Below are positions 26,401-41,400 of a DNA stretch of 64,000 nucleotides, piece by piece. Position numbers and translations under genes: made by a program. Every line of letters begins with the position of its first letter. Within the stretch, counting starts at the first letter, position 1. The stretch is from the NCBI GenBank assembly GCA_964188305.1, contig OZ076886.1, one strand, 5' to 3'. The DNA comes from Podarcis bocagei (taxonomy: Eukaryota). The notes below the pieces were generated by a model. The model made no database searches, was not told where the DNA came from, and worked only from the letters and a program-made list of their open reading frames with translations.

Positions 26401-29400
26401 TGGTGCACAGGGGGCGGAGACTCAGACGGAGCTTCGCCGGTCTAACCCATAAGACGTAGAGCTGCACGCAGCAGCTTGAGAATGGAAACTGTAACTCAAT
26501 AAAGACTTTTATAAAGTGAACGCTGGCTAGCGTGATCCTCTGTGAGCTAGGATCCGGAAGCAGCTCTGACAATATGTCACACTGCTTCTCAAAAAAATGT
26601 GCTGCTTTCACACTGTATTATACAAAAGAAAATCCCATCAAATGTTAAGTATGAGAACATTTACCTCTGAGGCTCTGTCCCCAAACTGAGCTAGCACTTT
26701 GGTCCTGTAATCGGGAATAATACTCAAAGGATTGTTGGATAAGACAACTTTTTCCAAGCATGGAAGACCGCCTATATTCTTTATTTCATCAATCTGAAAA
26801 GCACAGGAATAAAAAATAAATTCTTCCATATATTATTTTCTGATTGCTCTCTTTATAGTGATAGGCTGCAGATTGTAACTCTAAAACAGTTTATTAAAAA
26901 TCCTATTCTGTGACAATAATAAATCAGAAGATATTTGCTGGTTCTGCACCAAAAGCGTGCGGATTTTTGACTATGAGGGGCTAGGGAGACTGGAGGAATG
27001 GGTGGAAACAGGACTGAAGATTCCATCCAAACAAAATGAGCTTTTTACAAAAGTAAGGAAGGAAGGGCATACATTTCAATAACATACAATAATAAAGAAA
27101 TAAATAAAGTGAAACAATACAACTGAAGTAAAATTAAAATTAAACATACTATGTACACAAAAGCTAATTTGGGTAGTTTCATTCAAAATCCCAGAAAATA
27201 GTTGATTATTGGGGATAGTAACATCCCTCCCATAAATTTTCCTTATTTTATTTTATTACATAATACAAATGTTTGAAAGATACAGGACACAAACAATGGC
27301 TTGTCTGTTTGACATCATGTGGTCCACAAATGAGTGGAGAAATTGCCATTGCAGAGAGATATAAGATGAGCTTTTTAGTAGACGGAAGCTACACAATAAG
27401 GTTAGAAATTTGCTCTCTTATTTAGAAGGGGGAAATAAAGATGCTCAGGATTCCATGGAGATGAACAGGAATCAGATTACACGATCTGCAGTATGAGACC
27501 ATGCTGATTTCTAGACCCCCAAAATAGTTACACATATTGTTTAACACTACTTTTTTCACTCAGTAAGACTTCTGAGTAAACATGTATATGATTGTGCTGC
27601 ATAATACCTGGTCCACTTTGTTGTTGCTAAGATCCAGGTTGACTAAAGAATAGAGTTTGTTGAGGCCATTAAGTCTTTCCAGATGATTCCCTGCTAAGTT
27701 CAGTGTTTTGATATTCCCAATTTTGGTATGAATGCCTTCTAGTGTTGCAAGTTTATTGTAGGATAGATCCAGATGAACGAGGTTGTACAGATGCTACAAC
27801 AGAAAACAAGCAGATTACATGTTAATTTAATAGCATTTGTGCCATAAATTGACACCCCGAGGCTTTATAAAGTTGCTATTCATACATAACAATTAAAGCG
27901 GTAATTCTATACGATTAACTTAATGGGCCTTATTTCTGAGCAGACATGCATACAATTGCAATGCTCACTTCCAAAATTGCACTGAAGACAGACTTACCAA
28001 GAGAAAGGTAATCAAGCAGGTTCAATATCAAAGCATAAGCAAACATTTAAGGAACTAAACAAAAATACACACTATAATATTACCAAAGATGTCAAAGCTA
28101 ACCTGTAAGTTTTCCACTAGTGGTACATCGTTGTGGCTTAAATCAAGAAATTCTATCTTCGGCATAAGTTTCTAAAACAAAGGAAGAGTAACCTTTCAGT
28201 GTGAATACTGAACACTGTTTGGAATCAGAACAACGACATGATTAGTGCTATGTTCCCAAAGGAATTTAGGAGTTCAATTTCTCAAGCAGAGCTCGAAGGC
28301 CACAAGGCACACCTCTTTTGAAAGTAAGGGAAATTTCAAAGCAGTTTGCAATATAGTATAGCTCTCTGCAGTTCAACGGGAAAATACAATTAGGCATGAT
28401 CTTTGGCAAAGGTGTTCAGAAGCCTTGACCATTTTATAGCATACTATGAAATGATCAAGGCTTTTGGGCATCCCTGACAATGTTCAAAAGCCTAGATCAT
28501 TTCACAATATGCTAGCATCAATAAGTGAAACACATATATCACTCACTTTCTTTTAAAATTTGTCTGAATACATTTTTTAAAATATGGTCTTACCACAGAT
28601 TCATCAATTTGAGCTATGCTGTTGTGACTCATATCTAAGGTTGTTAAAGTTCTCCATGTTGGAATAACTGCGGTCACGGGACAACTGGAAGGTGCACCCT
28701 CTGGCTCCCACTGGTCAAATTCATAGGCCTCAGGAACTAGGACCTCCTGTTCAAAACACAGAGGAGAAGGTTGAATGAAATTCTTTTTATTTCGACTTTT
28801 CTCCCTCCCCCAAAGAAGTTTTAGCCTTGTAAACCATTTCCCCTCAAGAATTATTATATGCAGAGATAAATTAAGCCTACATTTTAAAAGCCTGAGTTGT
28901 AAGATATTTCACCCAGAGTATTGTATGCAGTCACACTGCATCACACTGATTTTGGTGGGGTTACAAGCATAAATGCTTAGGGCTGAGCTGTAAAACCATC
29001 TCAATAAGACATCTCACAAAAACATGCTTGCATTCATGCATTCAAATTCTGAATATAACTTTGTTACTTTGTGAACAGTCAAAAGCTGTAAACAACCGCC
29101 ACAATATAATTGCAAATGGTTAATGTTTCAGTCTTACCATCATTGATGTTGCTGAGAACTGAACACTCAGTGTAGCCAAAGTGTGCTTTGAGGAGGTCAG
29201 CCCTTTAATAACCTTTGCGCCACAGTGATTTATCTGTTTGTTTTTTTATCAAAAAGGATATATAAAGCAAAATGAAGATCATCAGAGAAAAGCAAAATTC
29301 CATTTTTTATTACTGTACTACTACAGCTACTCCTTTAGTTCTAGCACACCCAGTACCAATCTACCATGTTGGGATAAAATCAGCACCACAACATATAAAC

Positions 29401-32400
29401 AATAAAAATCGCATTACTCCATAAAAATTATAACCCAATACTACAAAATCCAATATTCAACAGCAAACATCAACCTAAGCAGATAAAGCACTGAAATGAA
29501 GTTAATATAGTCCAGGTGTTTGTGTAAATAGCTGGGTCTGTGATGAAAACATCTCAGCCAACAAGGACTGAAACTGATCCCAATTAACCTAAACAGACCG
29601 CGCACTGGACACTGTGCCACAGACTGCTTCAAATGCAGCATCATGGTCCAAGCAGATATGGGCAACTTTTTTCTCTAAGTGCAGGTGGTCAAAAGTTCCA
29701 CTTCACTTCTAAGCCTGATCTCAATAAGCTCTTTATCACTTGGAACAACTTTGCTAGATGACATCTCAAATGCTGCAATGGAGAAAGCAAAATAAGATTT
29801 TATTTGCCTCTCAACAACATGTTTGGTTGGATATTCACTATGTGACTTGTGCTCCCTGCACTCCAGCTGCTGTCTGGCCTTCTGAAAATTAAGGAGGCTT
29901 ATGGGCTCCATAGCACTGAGAGTGAGTAGGCCAATAAACCCCTCCATCTCCAGGTTAATATTCAAGGAAGCAACTCTATCAGTTTTCAGGACAATTAATA
30001 AAGGTTTTGCAATATTTCAAAGCTGGGACCAAAAAACTCAGACATATATTGCATGCACAAAGGCCCAGTTTTGGTCCTTGGCTTCACCAAACTCTTTTTC
30101 AACTATACCTGTATCTGATGAAGAGATTTAAATATTGATAGGTCAAAAGGCAAAAGATGTTCCTGAATGTTACTGGTTCCCAAAGGTCCACTTGTGCCTG
30201 TTATCTAAAGACAAAAATTAAGGTATTGCTAAATTAAGTACAAATTATGATGAATAATCCACAAGTGTTTACTGGCAAAAAAGGTGAATTTTACTGCTCC
30301 CAGGACCTATATTCAATGTAATATCATGTGACAACCATCTAAAGATGCAGCACACATATGCAGCTAAAACAACACTGCCACCTTGTGCTTATATTTTGTA
30401 CCATATGGTGTTTGAGTTAAAAGACTCTTCTTCATGGGCAAACAGACTCAATATTTTTAAGGAGTAGCTAAAACAACATCCGGTGCTGGCCAATACAATC
30501 ACTCAAAATATATTGGATCTTCATATATTTTTCTTTGAGGACTCTTCATTCCTGGTGATAAAATATTTATATTAGAACATATTTGCCTGCAGATACCAAG
30601 AGAAAAACTGGGCAAATATATCAAAGTGACAGCGAAACCAAATATATTTGGTTTGCACACAATTAAACATTTAATGAATGGGCAAAATATAATATCATCT
30701 GAAGCAGTTGCATAAGTCATGGCAAGACCACCAATATTTCAATACGCCCAGGTGGTCCTGTCCCTGCATAGGAAATATAGTGAATCAAGGGAAGGTAACT
30801 GCAGTGAGGCACTTATCAACAGCCAGACAGGAATACTATGCATTTTGATACTAGAGTTTAAGAGATCTATCATGTACTTTTACAAGGAAATAATGGGCAA
30901 GATATGCAGATCAAGAATTGGACATTAAGAAATGGCAATGGATTTGTATTAAGGAACTATCAAGTTTGATTTTTTTAATATAGTTTTTTGTAAACTACTT
31001 TGAGGTTTGTTTTTACAACCAAGCAGTATATAAATTTTATGAAAGAAATAATAAATGTATTATCAACACACTTAAAAGAAAAGTATTTTAAAACTCAGAA
31101 CCGATGGAATTTGACACCATATAGATTGAGCCAGATTTGTCTGTCAGCATGAATAAATTGTTGGGACATATAAAGCAGCATGGGCAGACTTTCTAAATAT
31201 ATTTTGGGACTGTCCTATAATCCAGATTGTTTGGATTACAATCTGGAGCCTAGACAGGGAAATGATATATATTACCATTAGAACCAAAGCTGTTACTATT
31301 GGGTTATTTAAAGGAATCCATTATTGATGTTGACTTGGAAATGGTAATTCTTCTCCTTACAACTAGCAATACTTGTAAAGAAGCAAACGAGGGGGGAAAT
31401 ATCACTCCACCATTTTCAGAATGGCTTAACATAATATGGAACATAGCAATACTACCCAAATTAAAATACTGTATTACAGAAGAATGAGTAGAAAGATGAT
31501 GTGTGATGTTTTGGAACAATCTTCAGGACATTATTCAATCTTTGCTTATTGCGATTATCAGCATGTAGAATTTATTTCAAAATAAAAAAATGGAAAAGAA
31601 CACATTTACCTTTAAATATTTGAGTCTACACGTGAAATCCAGAATGTGACCAAGATCAGTTTTGGCATCTCCATTTGCACATGTTGGCTTTCCCCGACAA
31701 AGTTGTTGAGTAATAGCATATAACTGCAAGGGTCTGATATTAAAGACCTCACCAGCCATAAGTAACTGCTCTCCTGAGAAACAAAAATAAAGAGATTTGG
31801 CAAGCATTCACCAATATTACTGGGAGAACAATAAAACAGAAATGCTACAATTTGCCTTATAGATGATTGCAATCTTCTAAGTCTTTTTCCATTTCTGACC
31901 AGAATTTGCAAAGTTTAACCGGGATTTCTATATATCATAATAGTACCAGGCTATATATCATAATAGTACCAAGCACCCACTGCATATGTAAGCACTTAGA
32001 CAAAGTTGAAAAAGCTTTTTAAAACATCTAATTTATTTTTAGCTGTGTTTAAAGCTGTCCAGGGTCCCCCAGGAGCAGATTCTGAGGGTTATCTTGGGGC
32101 TGCAGGGAAGAGGAGAGGAAGGTGAAGTCTCATTGAGCAAGTACAAGTCTGCTAAAGCAACACTGGATTTTGCTGTACATCCCTTACTTTTGGCAAGAGC
32201 CCCACCTCCGCCAACCAATATAAGATGTGATGTGACACACCACTGTAGAAAAAGAATCACCTAACACACATAAAGTTACTGAGAAAGACAGTTATTATAT
32301 GTGCTTGATGGCATGTTACATACAAACATGCACATCTGCTTTGGCTAGCTTCAAATCTAAGAGCACAGTTCTATATGTGTCAGTTCCGATGACAGCCACA

Positions 32401-35400
32401 GTGATTTCAATAGATTCACTCCCAGGTATGTCCCTAAATTAGCTATAGAGAAACAGCACACATGCCAAGAACTATATCGTGTTTAGAGGAATTACAGTTT
32501 TTTTCAGCACCAATGAAAGATTATTTATTCACTCAAGCCTTTAAAATAACATGTGTTTTTATAATCTGGGCTTTTCAATCTTATGATTAGATTTTTATTG
32601 TATGCATGCCAAAAATGAACATTTATTTATGCTGCTCTTGCTGCTTTGTATTTTTAATACCGTATTCTATTTTGTGAGTGATCCAGTGAATATATGTTAC
32701 TGGGTGGTCATACAAAATAAAAAATAAATAAATAATACCTTTGTGAAAGAGTTCTTCAGCCAATGCAGCTGTGATCCCATTGATTTCCTATAAAGAACAA
32801 GCAAATGGAAGAAAAAATCACAAACTTTTCTGCTTGAACATTTTTTTAAAAAACATAAAACAAGATTCAATAGATCTTAAAAAATAATACAGAATTAAAA
32901 TAATCCAAACACTGAGTGATGTTCAGTGCTGGCTGTACTCAGGAAATTAAGTCAATTAAGTGAGAGGCTATTTTATCCCTTATATACCCAGTACATCACA
33001 GCACTCTGCATAAGACATTAGTTCAACTCATTAGCTGCTCGGCCAATAAGGGAGAAAAAGTGTCTGAAATTATTCCCCAGTGGAGATGAAGGCTGTGTGT
33101 TCATTTTTCTTTTTTTTTTCTTTTTAAAAAATCTTTTTAATGAACTGAGCTACTGCTGGGAAAAAGATCCACAAGACAGGGAAGAATCTATTTCCTTTTA
33201 CTGCAGTTCTAATTGCACAAGTTACAACCACTTCATTTCCTCAATGGTACAATAATTAAAACTGCTGTATCAGATGCAGATGGTGTGTATCAATGAACAA
33301 CTTGAGAGAGGAAGCTATTTCAAAATAGGAAGATTACTTTTGGTAATCTTCCTATTAAAGAAGAAATCCGTGAAGAAGAAAAGAAAGGGAAATATGTAAG
33401 GAATGACATTTGTTTCCCTGTGACATTATCCTGATAATCAGTCAATATTTGGAGCTAAATGCAATTAAGAAAATTCAGCAAGAATGAACTATAAATGCAT
33501 AATCAGAAAATGCTGTATGAAATTATTAAACATCAAAATATGCATCTAATATATAAATGGCAATGAAACGTAATCATTTAGCACCTGTGCCTTAGTCTTC
33601 GATGGGACATACTCTGGTCACAGTTCAAATAATATGTAAAAGGGTTTGAAAAAAGACCAACAAATTCTTGTGCTGCAAGATTTTTTAAAAAGGGTGACTA
33701 CAAATACAGAAGAGAAAGTGTGCTGAAAGGTTTTCTGAAACTCAAGCTATGAAAAGCAATAGATGAAAGGCACAAACACCCTAAATTCACACCGGTCATT
33801 TCAAGGCATATTTCTGGGAAGACAAGTTGTCAACATAGTGGACTACAATTCTCATCAGCCCCATGCCATTTAAGATAAGAAATTTAAAATAAGAACTGAA
33901 CTCAGAAAATTTGACAATAAACCATAGTGAAGAATGGCAGAATGCAACTTACGTATAAGTGAAAATGTAAGAACTGGGACAATACTTTGGGTGCAGCCAA
34001 GGGAAATGTAAGAAGGAGAGTTTGTAGATAGACTTCCAATTCTTTTTGTCTTTTTTCTACCAAACTTTTGGAATTCTTGCCAATAATCTTCTTAGGAGGT
34101 AACAGATTCTTATCTATTCTCTTTTCTGAAACAAGCTGTAAGACAAAGAGTTAAGATTGTTCCGAAATGAATCAGAGTTTTCAGAAATTAGCATTTACTG
34201 CTTACACTAAAAATTAGGGCCAAAGTGAAATAAAATATTTATTTTGTCAGTAATTACCAATATAGTTTTTGAAAACTCAGGTTAATATAAAGTGAGATCT
34301 TTTTAAAAAGCTTTTACATACTGCTTTGCATGCCTTCCAAACCAGTTTTTAAAAATGGGGGGACAGGGACGGGGGACGGGACTAAGGTCTCAAAAAAGAT
34401 TTGTACAATACAAACAGCAACAACGCAAATCAAACAGACAGACAAACAAACAAACAGACAAACTTCCTTAAAGGTCTTGCAGAATAACCGAGATAGTGCC
34501 AGGAGAGCAGGTTCTTAATATTGATGAAATGAATAACATTGGCTTGGATCCAGAGATACCTTGCAGTTGTGAAATAGCACTTCATCTGGGTAAGACTGCT
34601 TTGCTGAATTCACCCAACTTCCTGTCCTGCTGCATCCGATCCTATGCTATACCAGAAGATCTACTGATCTTCAGGAATGGTCTTTGGGGAGAGGAGGGCA
34701 AGTCAGAAAAGCTTCACTGCATGAGCAGAGTTCCACTCCAACCTAATTTTTAACATAATGAAGTGAATGCCTTTCTCTTTGGGGGGTGGGGGAGAGGTTA
34801 TAGTCTACATTATGGTTCAACAATTCTGAACTTTAAAGTCAGCAAATGTTCTTCATTAATGAGCTCAGGAACCAAATGATGACATATTACCACTCACAAG
34901 GCTCAAACACCACTAAGAATAGGAAACTAGCAGGTACCAGAAATTAAGTAATGACCAGGTTCCTACTATGACCATGTAAACAAATGAACTTGGATTTTCA
35001 TAAGATCGTTATTTTCCATAGGCAATGGTTAAAAAAACCAAGCAGATTTTACCTAATATAATTTGCCCTCAGTGCAATCCCATACATTTCTACTCATAAG
35101 TAAGCCCTACTGTGTTCGATAGAATTTGCTCATGTGTGGGTAGATAACAGCTTACTGGCCTATTAAATGTTAACAATGCCTTGAATCCTATGATTGGTAC
35201 TCTCTCTTCTCTTCTCTTCTCTTCTCTTCTCTTTTCAGCAACAGCTCTCACTCAATTGTGTGTGTGTAGGGGTCTGCATTCTGACTGCCGAATAGCAAGG
35301 AGGGAGGTTTTAGCTCTATCTATGTGAAATTTTCATCAACAAAAATCGGGTGTAAGATTCTTGCATTGCTGGGAGTTCAAGTAGATGACCTTCATGGTCC

Positions 35401-38400
35401 CTTCCAACTCTAGCATTCTGTCACAAAGCCATATGCTGGGGGAGAGGGGAACTCCCTCCCTCTCATGGTGCGGTCTCCCATATGGCTTTCCTTTCTTTTT
35501 AAAGAGAATCGCAATGTAGGGTATCTTTTGTTTCTGTGTTTTCACCGCTTGTAATTATTTTATATGTAAAATGTATTGAGACACCGGGTTAGAAGAAGAG
35601 TAATAAATCAATGTTAATAAAACAGTAACAGAGTCATTACAACAAACATTTTAAATATGAGGATATTTACCTTTTCATGAAGTTCATGGAAGTCACTGTA
35701 TCGATGTTTGACCACCCACTGATGGTTGCCAATGCTCACTTGAATGATGTACACCTAAATAAAATACAACTCTTAGCTGATAAAGGAACCTAAGATGGCC
35801 AATGTTTACACATTCAGAAACACAAAATCCCTCCAGTGTTTGTGTAACATTAAATAAAGGCTGCCAGTTAGGTTCTGAGCTTCTGCACATCCCAAGAATA
35901 CCTAAACCCGTGCAAGTACAGCATACTGACACACAAAGCAGAGGCCCGTTACCAGCAATATTCAGGTACCAGTTACTGGTTTAATTTGAAGAACACAGAC
36001 ACACATCTTCCTTCAGCAAAAATGATATCCTATATCAAGCAAGCCATTGTGATTTGCCAACAAGAAACCAGCACAGTTATGAATCGCAATGCTTCCATCA
36101 CATTTATGCTGTGCTCCCTGATAAGCTGGGCATAATACTGAAAGGACAAGTAAGGCAAGAGGAGCAGACAGAAATAACTGAACAGAGGTAACTGCGACAA
36201 GCAGACCTCCCTCTCCTCAAAGCCCTTCTTGCACCCAAAGCATTTGCCCAGTGACAGCCTATTGACATTCTTCAGCCACTAGGAAGTGTCATGAGATACT
36301 CTGGGATCTTTATTGCTTTCTATCGAAAACAAGGCCAAGACTGTATCTGGTGTTAGTGACTGAGCTTAGATTTGAGAGATAATGATAAAAACGTTTATCC
36401 AAAAAACATATAAAACTTCACATAGTATTACAGCATTGCCAGCATAGTGGAGAGAGATTTGCATTGATTTTGGAAAGGCACACTAGAGTCCAATACCATC
36501 TAAGTATTGTTTTTAGAGTGGATTCTTGAATCCTAGAAGTTATAGTTTTTAATGGAGCATTTACCCATATTTGATCCCATTTATGTTCATAAATCTGACA
36601 TTTAAGGTCATCGTCCCAAGATATGCTAAGATCCTGGGGAGGAACCCATAGCCGGCCTTATTAATAACTGTAAATATTGGATACCTTTAGAATTCAGATA
36701 TATTGAACATATTTGTCTGTAAGGCAGACAGCTGGGTGGTCCAATATAGGAAATAAAGGGGATGTAGATGGAACTAAGTGTGAAACCATCTCTTCCATAC
36801 CCTAAAAGTCAATTGAAAAAAGAGATTGTGTATTTTCCCAATACACACTCAATAAGGATTTTTTAAAAGGCAGAGCATTAACTGAAGGGGTGGTGCAGAA
36901 TAATTCCATTTGAACCCACAAGATCTCCAGCAAATCAGTAATAATATGCATTATTTGTGCAAGTTGAAAGCAATATAATATAATATAATATAATATAATA
37001 TAATATAAGGCACTCCCAATCCTCTTTTATCTCCAGGATGATACAAAATTTGGAGGGTTGTTCTACTACTAAGTACTGTATTAATAATAAAGGTTACTGA
37101 TAATTACTTATTCAGTATTTTAATGAAGTAGGATTTTAGGCTTTGTATTCTGTGACCTAACATACAGAGTTTTTGAGCAATACTTTCTCTCTCATCACAT
37201 CTCTCTTTCCCAAAATTTATATGGATGCTCTCTATTAGAACAAATAATACCGGGTGTTTTTCTAGGAGCATGATATTTAAAGCAGCTTAACATTCTGGCT
37301 TGTTGAGAAGTCATTAATTATCATTTCTCAAGTTGTATGTTATGGGAAGGTATAGTTAAGTGGACACTTCCTGCTTTGTTCACAGGAAGGCAAGGCAAAG
37401 GCGCTGCATTTAAGTTCATCAGGTTTGGTCATAGTATGGCTTAAGCAGTCAAGATATGATTGTTTGAATGCAGCCTGTATGCTTCATTTCAATTATAGTA
37501 TAATCATATAATCATGCATTAGCCCCTGCATTAGCAACTAAGGAAGAAGGTTGTGAATCACTAATTCTGAAATGATAACCAGATCTATGATTAGCATTTC
37601 CTCTACATTAGTATTTTTAATACTGCATGTTACAAACAAGGCACTACAAGAGTGCTTTAAAATTGCTTCATTTTCAAATCTCATGCAGAACTAAGCATAT
37701 ATTCAGGGTTGTCTCTATCTCATTCACAGCTTGTCCTATTTTAATATTGATATAGGAAATTGATGGCGGGGGAAGATTAACAAACCATTATGTTGTACTA
37801 TGTCGATAACATAATTCTATTACTAAAAGAGGCTACCTGATTTTAAGCAATTTTCAGCTGTCACAGGCACACAAGGCTGCAGCGTAAAACCCTGTTGCAT
37901 GAGTAGACGTCCACTCGTGCAAAGTCTGAATGTAATTCAAATTATCTTCCTCTGATCACAGTAACTAAAACGCTTAGTAAAAGTCATTAAGGTGTATATC
38001 AGAAAATAATAATAATAATAATGCTCAGGACTCAAACGTTTTATCATAAAACAGGGCAGTTTTAAAAGCAAAAGTTAGAAAAGTTAACAGGATACTGTTT
38101 GATATATCTACAGTATTCCCCATTTTAAAAAACTCAGTCCAAAGTACAAATATTTTTTTCCTGCCAATGCATGCAAATAATTTAACTGGCATGAGACATC
38201 ATTAATGGCATTTTAACCATATCACTGTCAGAAATCTGTTGGTCTTGGCATTAGTTAGGTGGTTACCTTTATACTCTTAGGCTGGAATCCAATGCATCTT
38301 TATCTAGAAGCATGCCTCACTCAACACAGACTTATGTCTAAGGAAACATGTAGGGGACTTAAAGTTAAATTAGATTAGATTAATAAATACTGTTTAAAAT

Positions 38401-41400
38401 ACTTCACTGATATAGAGAATAGAAAAGAGTGTGTACTCTTGTATTCTGAAGGTTGATGAATACATGCCTATTTCTAGAATGAGACTCCACTACCTGAAAT
38501 CAATTATTTTCACTGCTTATTTCTGTGGAACAATACAAATGAAATAATATGGAGCAACCTAGCTACAATAGTGGCTGCAATCTACAGAGGCTCCATGTGC
38601 ATTTGGAGGAGGGGGAACCATGCACACAGCAGGAGGTTTCTTTGAAGTTTTCACTGCAGCAGCTCTGGCTGTTGAGGCAGCAAGCTGTTTTGCAAATTGA
38701 ACCATGGCAGTAGGAGCTGCTGCAGCAAATACTTCAAAGGAAGCTCAGGCTGTGCACTCAGTTCTTCTCTGTGCACACAGTTTTCTGGACTGTGTCTCTA
38801 GAATCACAATAATCAGCATGTATTTACACACAAGAGAAGACAGGGTTGTTTTTACATTTCTCACAGCACAATCCTTTTGTAAATGAAGCTTCAAAGCCTG
38901 TACACTTCATCATCAATGTCACTTATCTTGCTATTGCTTTGTATTATCAAGTAATAATCGAAAGATCTGCAGTTACAAAGGGCAATGTTATTACCCAAGT
39001 TGATAGGTAAGCTATGTGTTTTGAGCTTGCAGATTTCATTAGGGGCACTAAATACAAAGTAGAGTATATACAAAATCTCTCATAAAAAACAATTTTGCAT
39101 ATTTTCATTTCAGATTGGCTCTTAAAAGGAAGCTTGGAAAAGGGAATCTTTGCACTGTCTCATCTGCAGCCCACCAAAAGCCGCTCCTGAGGATGAAGGA
39201 ACTCTCCAGAATAGGATGGGGCAGGACACAGGGGCCGCAGGGGGAATTACTTTGTCCCCCTTACTAAGGCATTGTATCTCCCTTTGATTTCAGGCAGCCT
39301 CCCACACCTTCAGGAGCAGCTTTTCCAGGGGTGCAGGAAGCTGTCGTGGGGAGATAAGGGTGGGAAAGTCTCCTAAGGGCTTATTGCTGTTCATAATTCT
39401 GAGAAACAAAGAAAAAATACACGCAGAACCGTGGGCACAATCCAGTCAAAGTTGGGGAGGGGGAATCACTTCATCTGAAATAAGTGCAACTCAAATGTGC
39501 TTACCTTCAGCTGTTTAAGAATTCTTAATTTTATTAAGTCCCCCCCCCCCATATAACATAACTTAAAAATATATTTTTAATGAGTGCAACCTAATTCCTA
39601 TGAAGTGATACTAGTGAGTTGTTCACTAAATGGTGAGAATGTGTATTGCCAAGTAGGCTGATGGGAACATATATTTGCATAATATAAATGGGGTTTTGGC
39701 TATCCCCAATTGCACCAAAGCATGGAGAATGTGTCCCTGACTTCCCATAGGGAGGAATGTCAAGGGACCAGGAGGACTTTTGGAACTGCCCTTTTTTGGC
39801 CCACGGTGTTGGATAGTGGTGTAGAGGTGGAGGGGCACCAGGGCGATTGCCCTGGGTTCAAAAATTTATATGGATGTGCTTCTGAGCACATGCAAAATAC
39901 TCCTTCCCTCTTAGGCTGCAGTTGCAGCTGCTGCCTTGACCAAAGGCACTCCCTGTCCCACCTGCCTGCTTCACCTGAGCAGGACACCAAACAGGAGCTA
40001 GGATAGGAGAGGCCCTTGTATTCCTCAGCTGTGTGGCGTCTCCTGATGGTGGGACAGGTGGATGGACGGCGAGACTTGAGGCAGTGGCAATGCCCCCACC
40101 TGAGGAGGTATGCACATATATCCTGCACTGCTCCATCTGGCAGCAGCAGCAGCACTGCATGGAGGCACTGTGATGGCCAACAACTCTGTCCTGCCCACCG
40201 CTGGCTTCCTCTGCCCATTGCCCTGAGCCTCAGCAGAGATGCTCCCACCCATTTCAGCCTGCCCTGCAGCAGGGAGGGTCATGTGCCCACTCAACAACAG
40301 CCCCGACAGTACGGCACTCTGTTGCCACGCACTGTTCTTTGAAACCAAATCCACCGCCACCTTTTTCTCCAAGCGTGGAGAAAGGTGTGCAAAAGGGAAG
40401 GAGCCACAGAGGTTGTGCAGAGTGCAAGCCAATGATGGCAAAGGTTTGCACCATCGGAGTGCTCCCATCCCATCAGAAGGGTTACTCTGTGCTCACCATG
40501 AACTGAGATGTCAGTGGTTGGTTCCAGATGGTCCCAGTCCCTGAAAAGCAGACTCTCGCATGGTGGGCTCCTCAAACTTTTCCTTGACTGTGATATATGA
40601 TTGCTTCTTCCTACAGGTTAGGGGGCTCAATACTTGCCTTGCCCTGGGCACTGGCAAACCACGCTAAGCCACTGCAGTTGGAGGAGCTGACTTCTTGGAT
40701 ATCAAAGAAGTAGATCTGACAAGGGGCCATGGGGCTGCACCCTTACTGAACTGTGTTACTAGGGATGAAAGTAGATCTGAGAGAGGGTAGGGATTGATGT
40801 AATGGCTGCCAGACACTGCTGACTCTTAAGCAGGGAAAAGTATAGCTTACTTTGCTTACTTATATAGTTGTGTAAGGATAGTCATTGGTCGCTCTCACAA
40901 ATAAAAACGCTGCAAGTTTCCCAAAGCCAAGTCTAGTACCTTTCCCATCATCATAAGTTACCTGGGACACTGCAAGTCCATTACAGTCATACCTCATGTT
41001 GTGTTTGCTTCAGGTTGAGCTTCTCCAGGTTGCATCCCACGGCGACACGGAAGCACCAGAAAGGATTACTTTGGTGTTTTGCTGCTTGCGTATGCGCAGA
41101 CGCTCAAAAATGACGTCACACGCATGTGCAGAAGCAGCAAATCGCGACCTGCGCACACGCGGGTTGCGTTCTGCTCAGGTTGCGAATGGGGCTCTGGAAC
41201 AGATCCCGTCCGCAACCAGAGGTACCACTGTATCTTACAAAAGTGGAGAGCTGCCACATAGTTACTAATTTTTTAGAGGGAGAATTATCAGAGTGAAATT
41301 TTTAGAGGGGCAGGCGTTCAAGTCTATAGCAGCAGCAGCAACAAAAACAACAAAACCCAAAAGGAATCTTGAAAGGCTAGCCAATTTATTATGGCATATG

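Noticed and set aside
29234-30108. Possible U12-type intron suggested by the poor polypyrimidine tract
   Set aside because: The donor is GTATAG, not the U12 consensus GTATCCTT.
39710-40575. Cluster of overlapping 66-162 aa ORFs on both strands
   Set aside because: They lie largely within a GC-rich degraded hAT-like element and show no recognisable domain or transposase motif.
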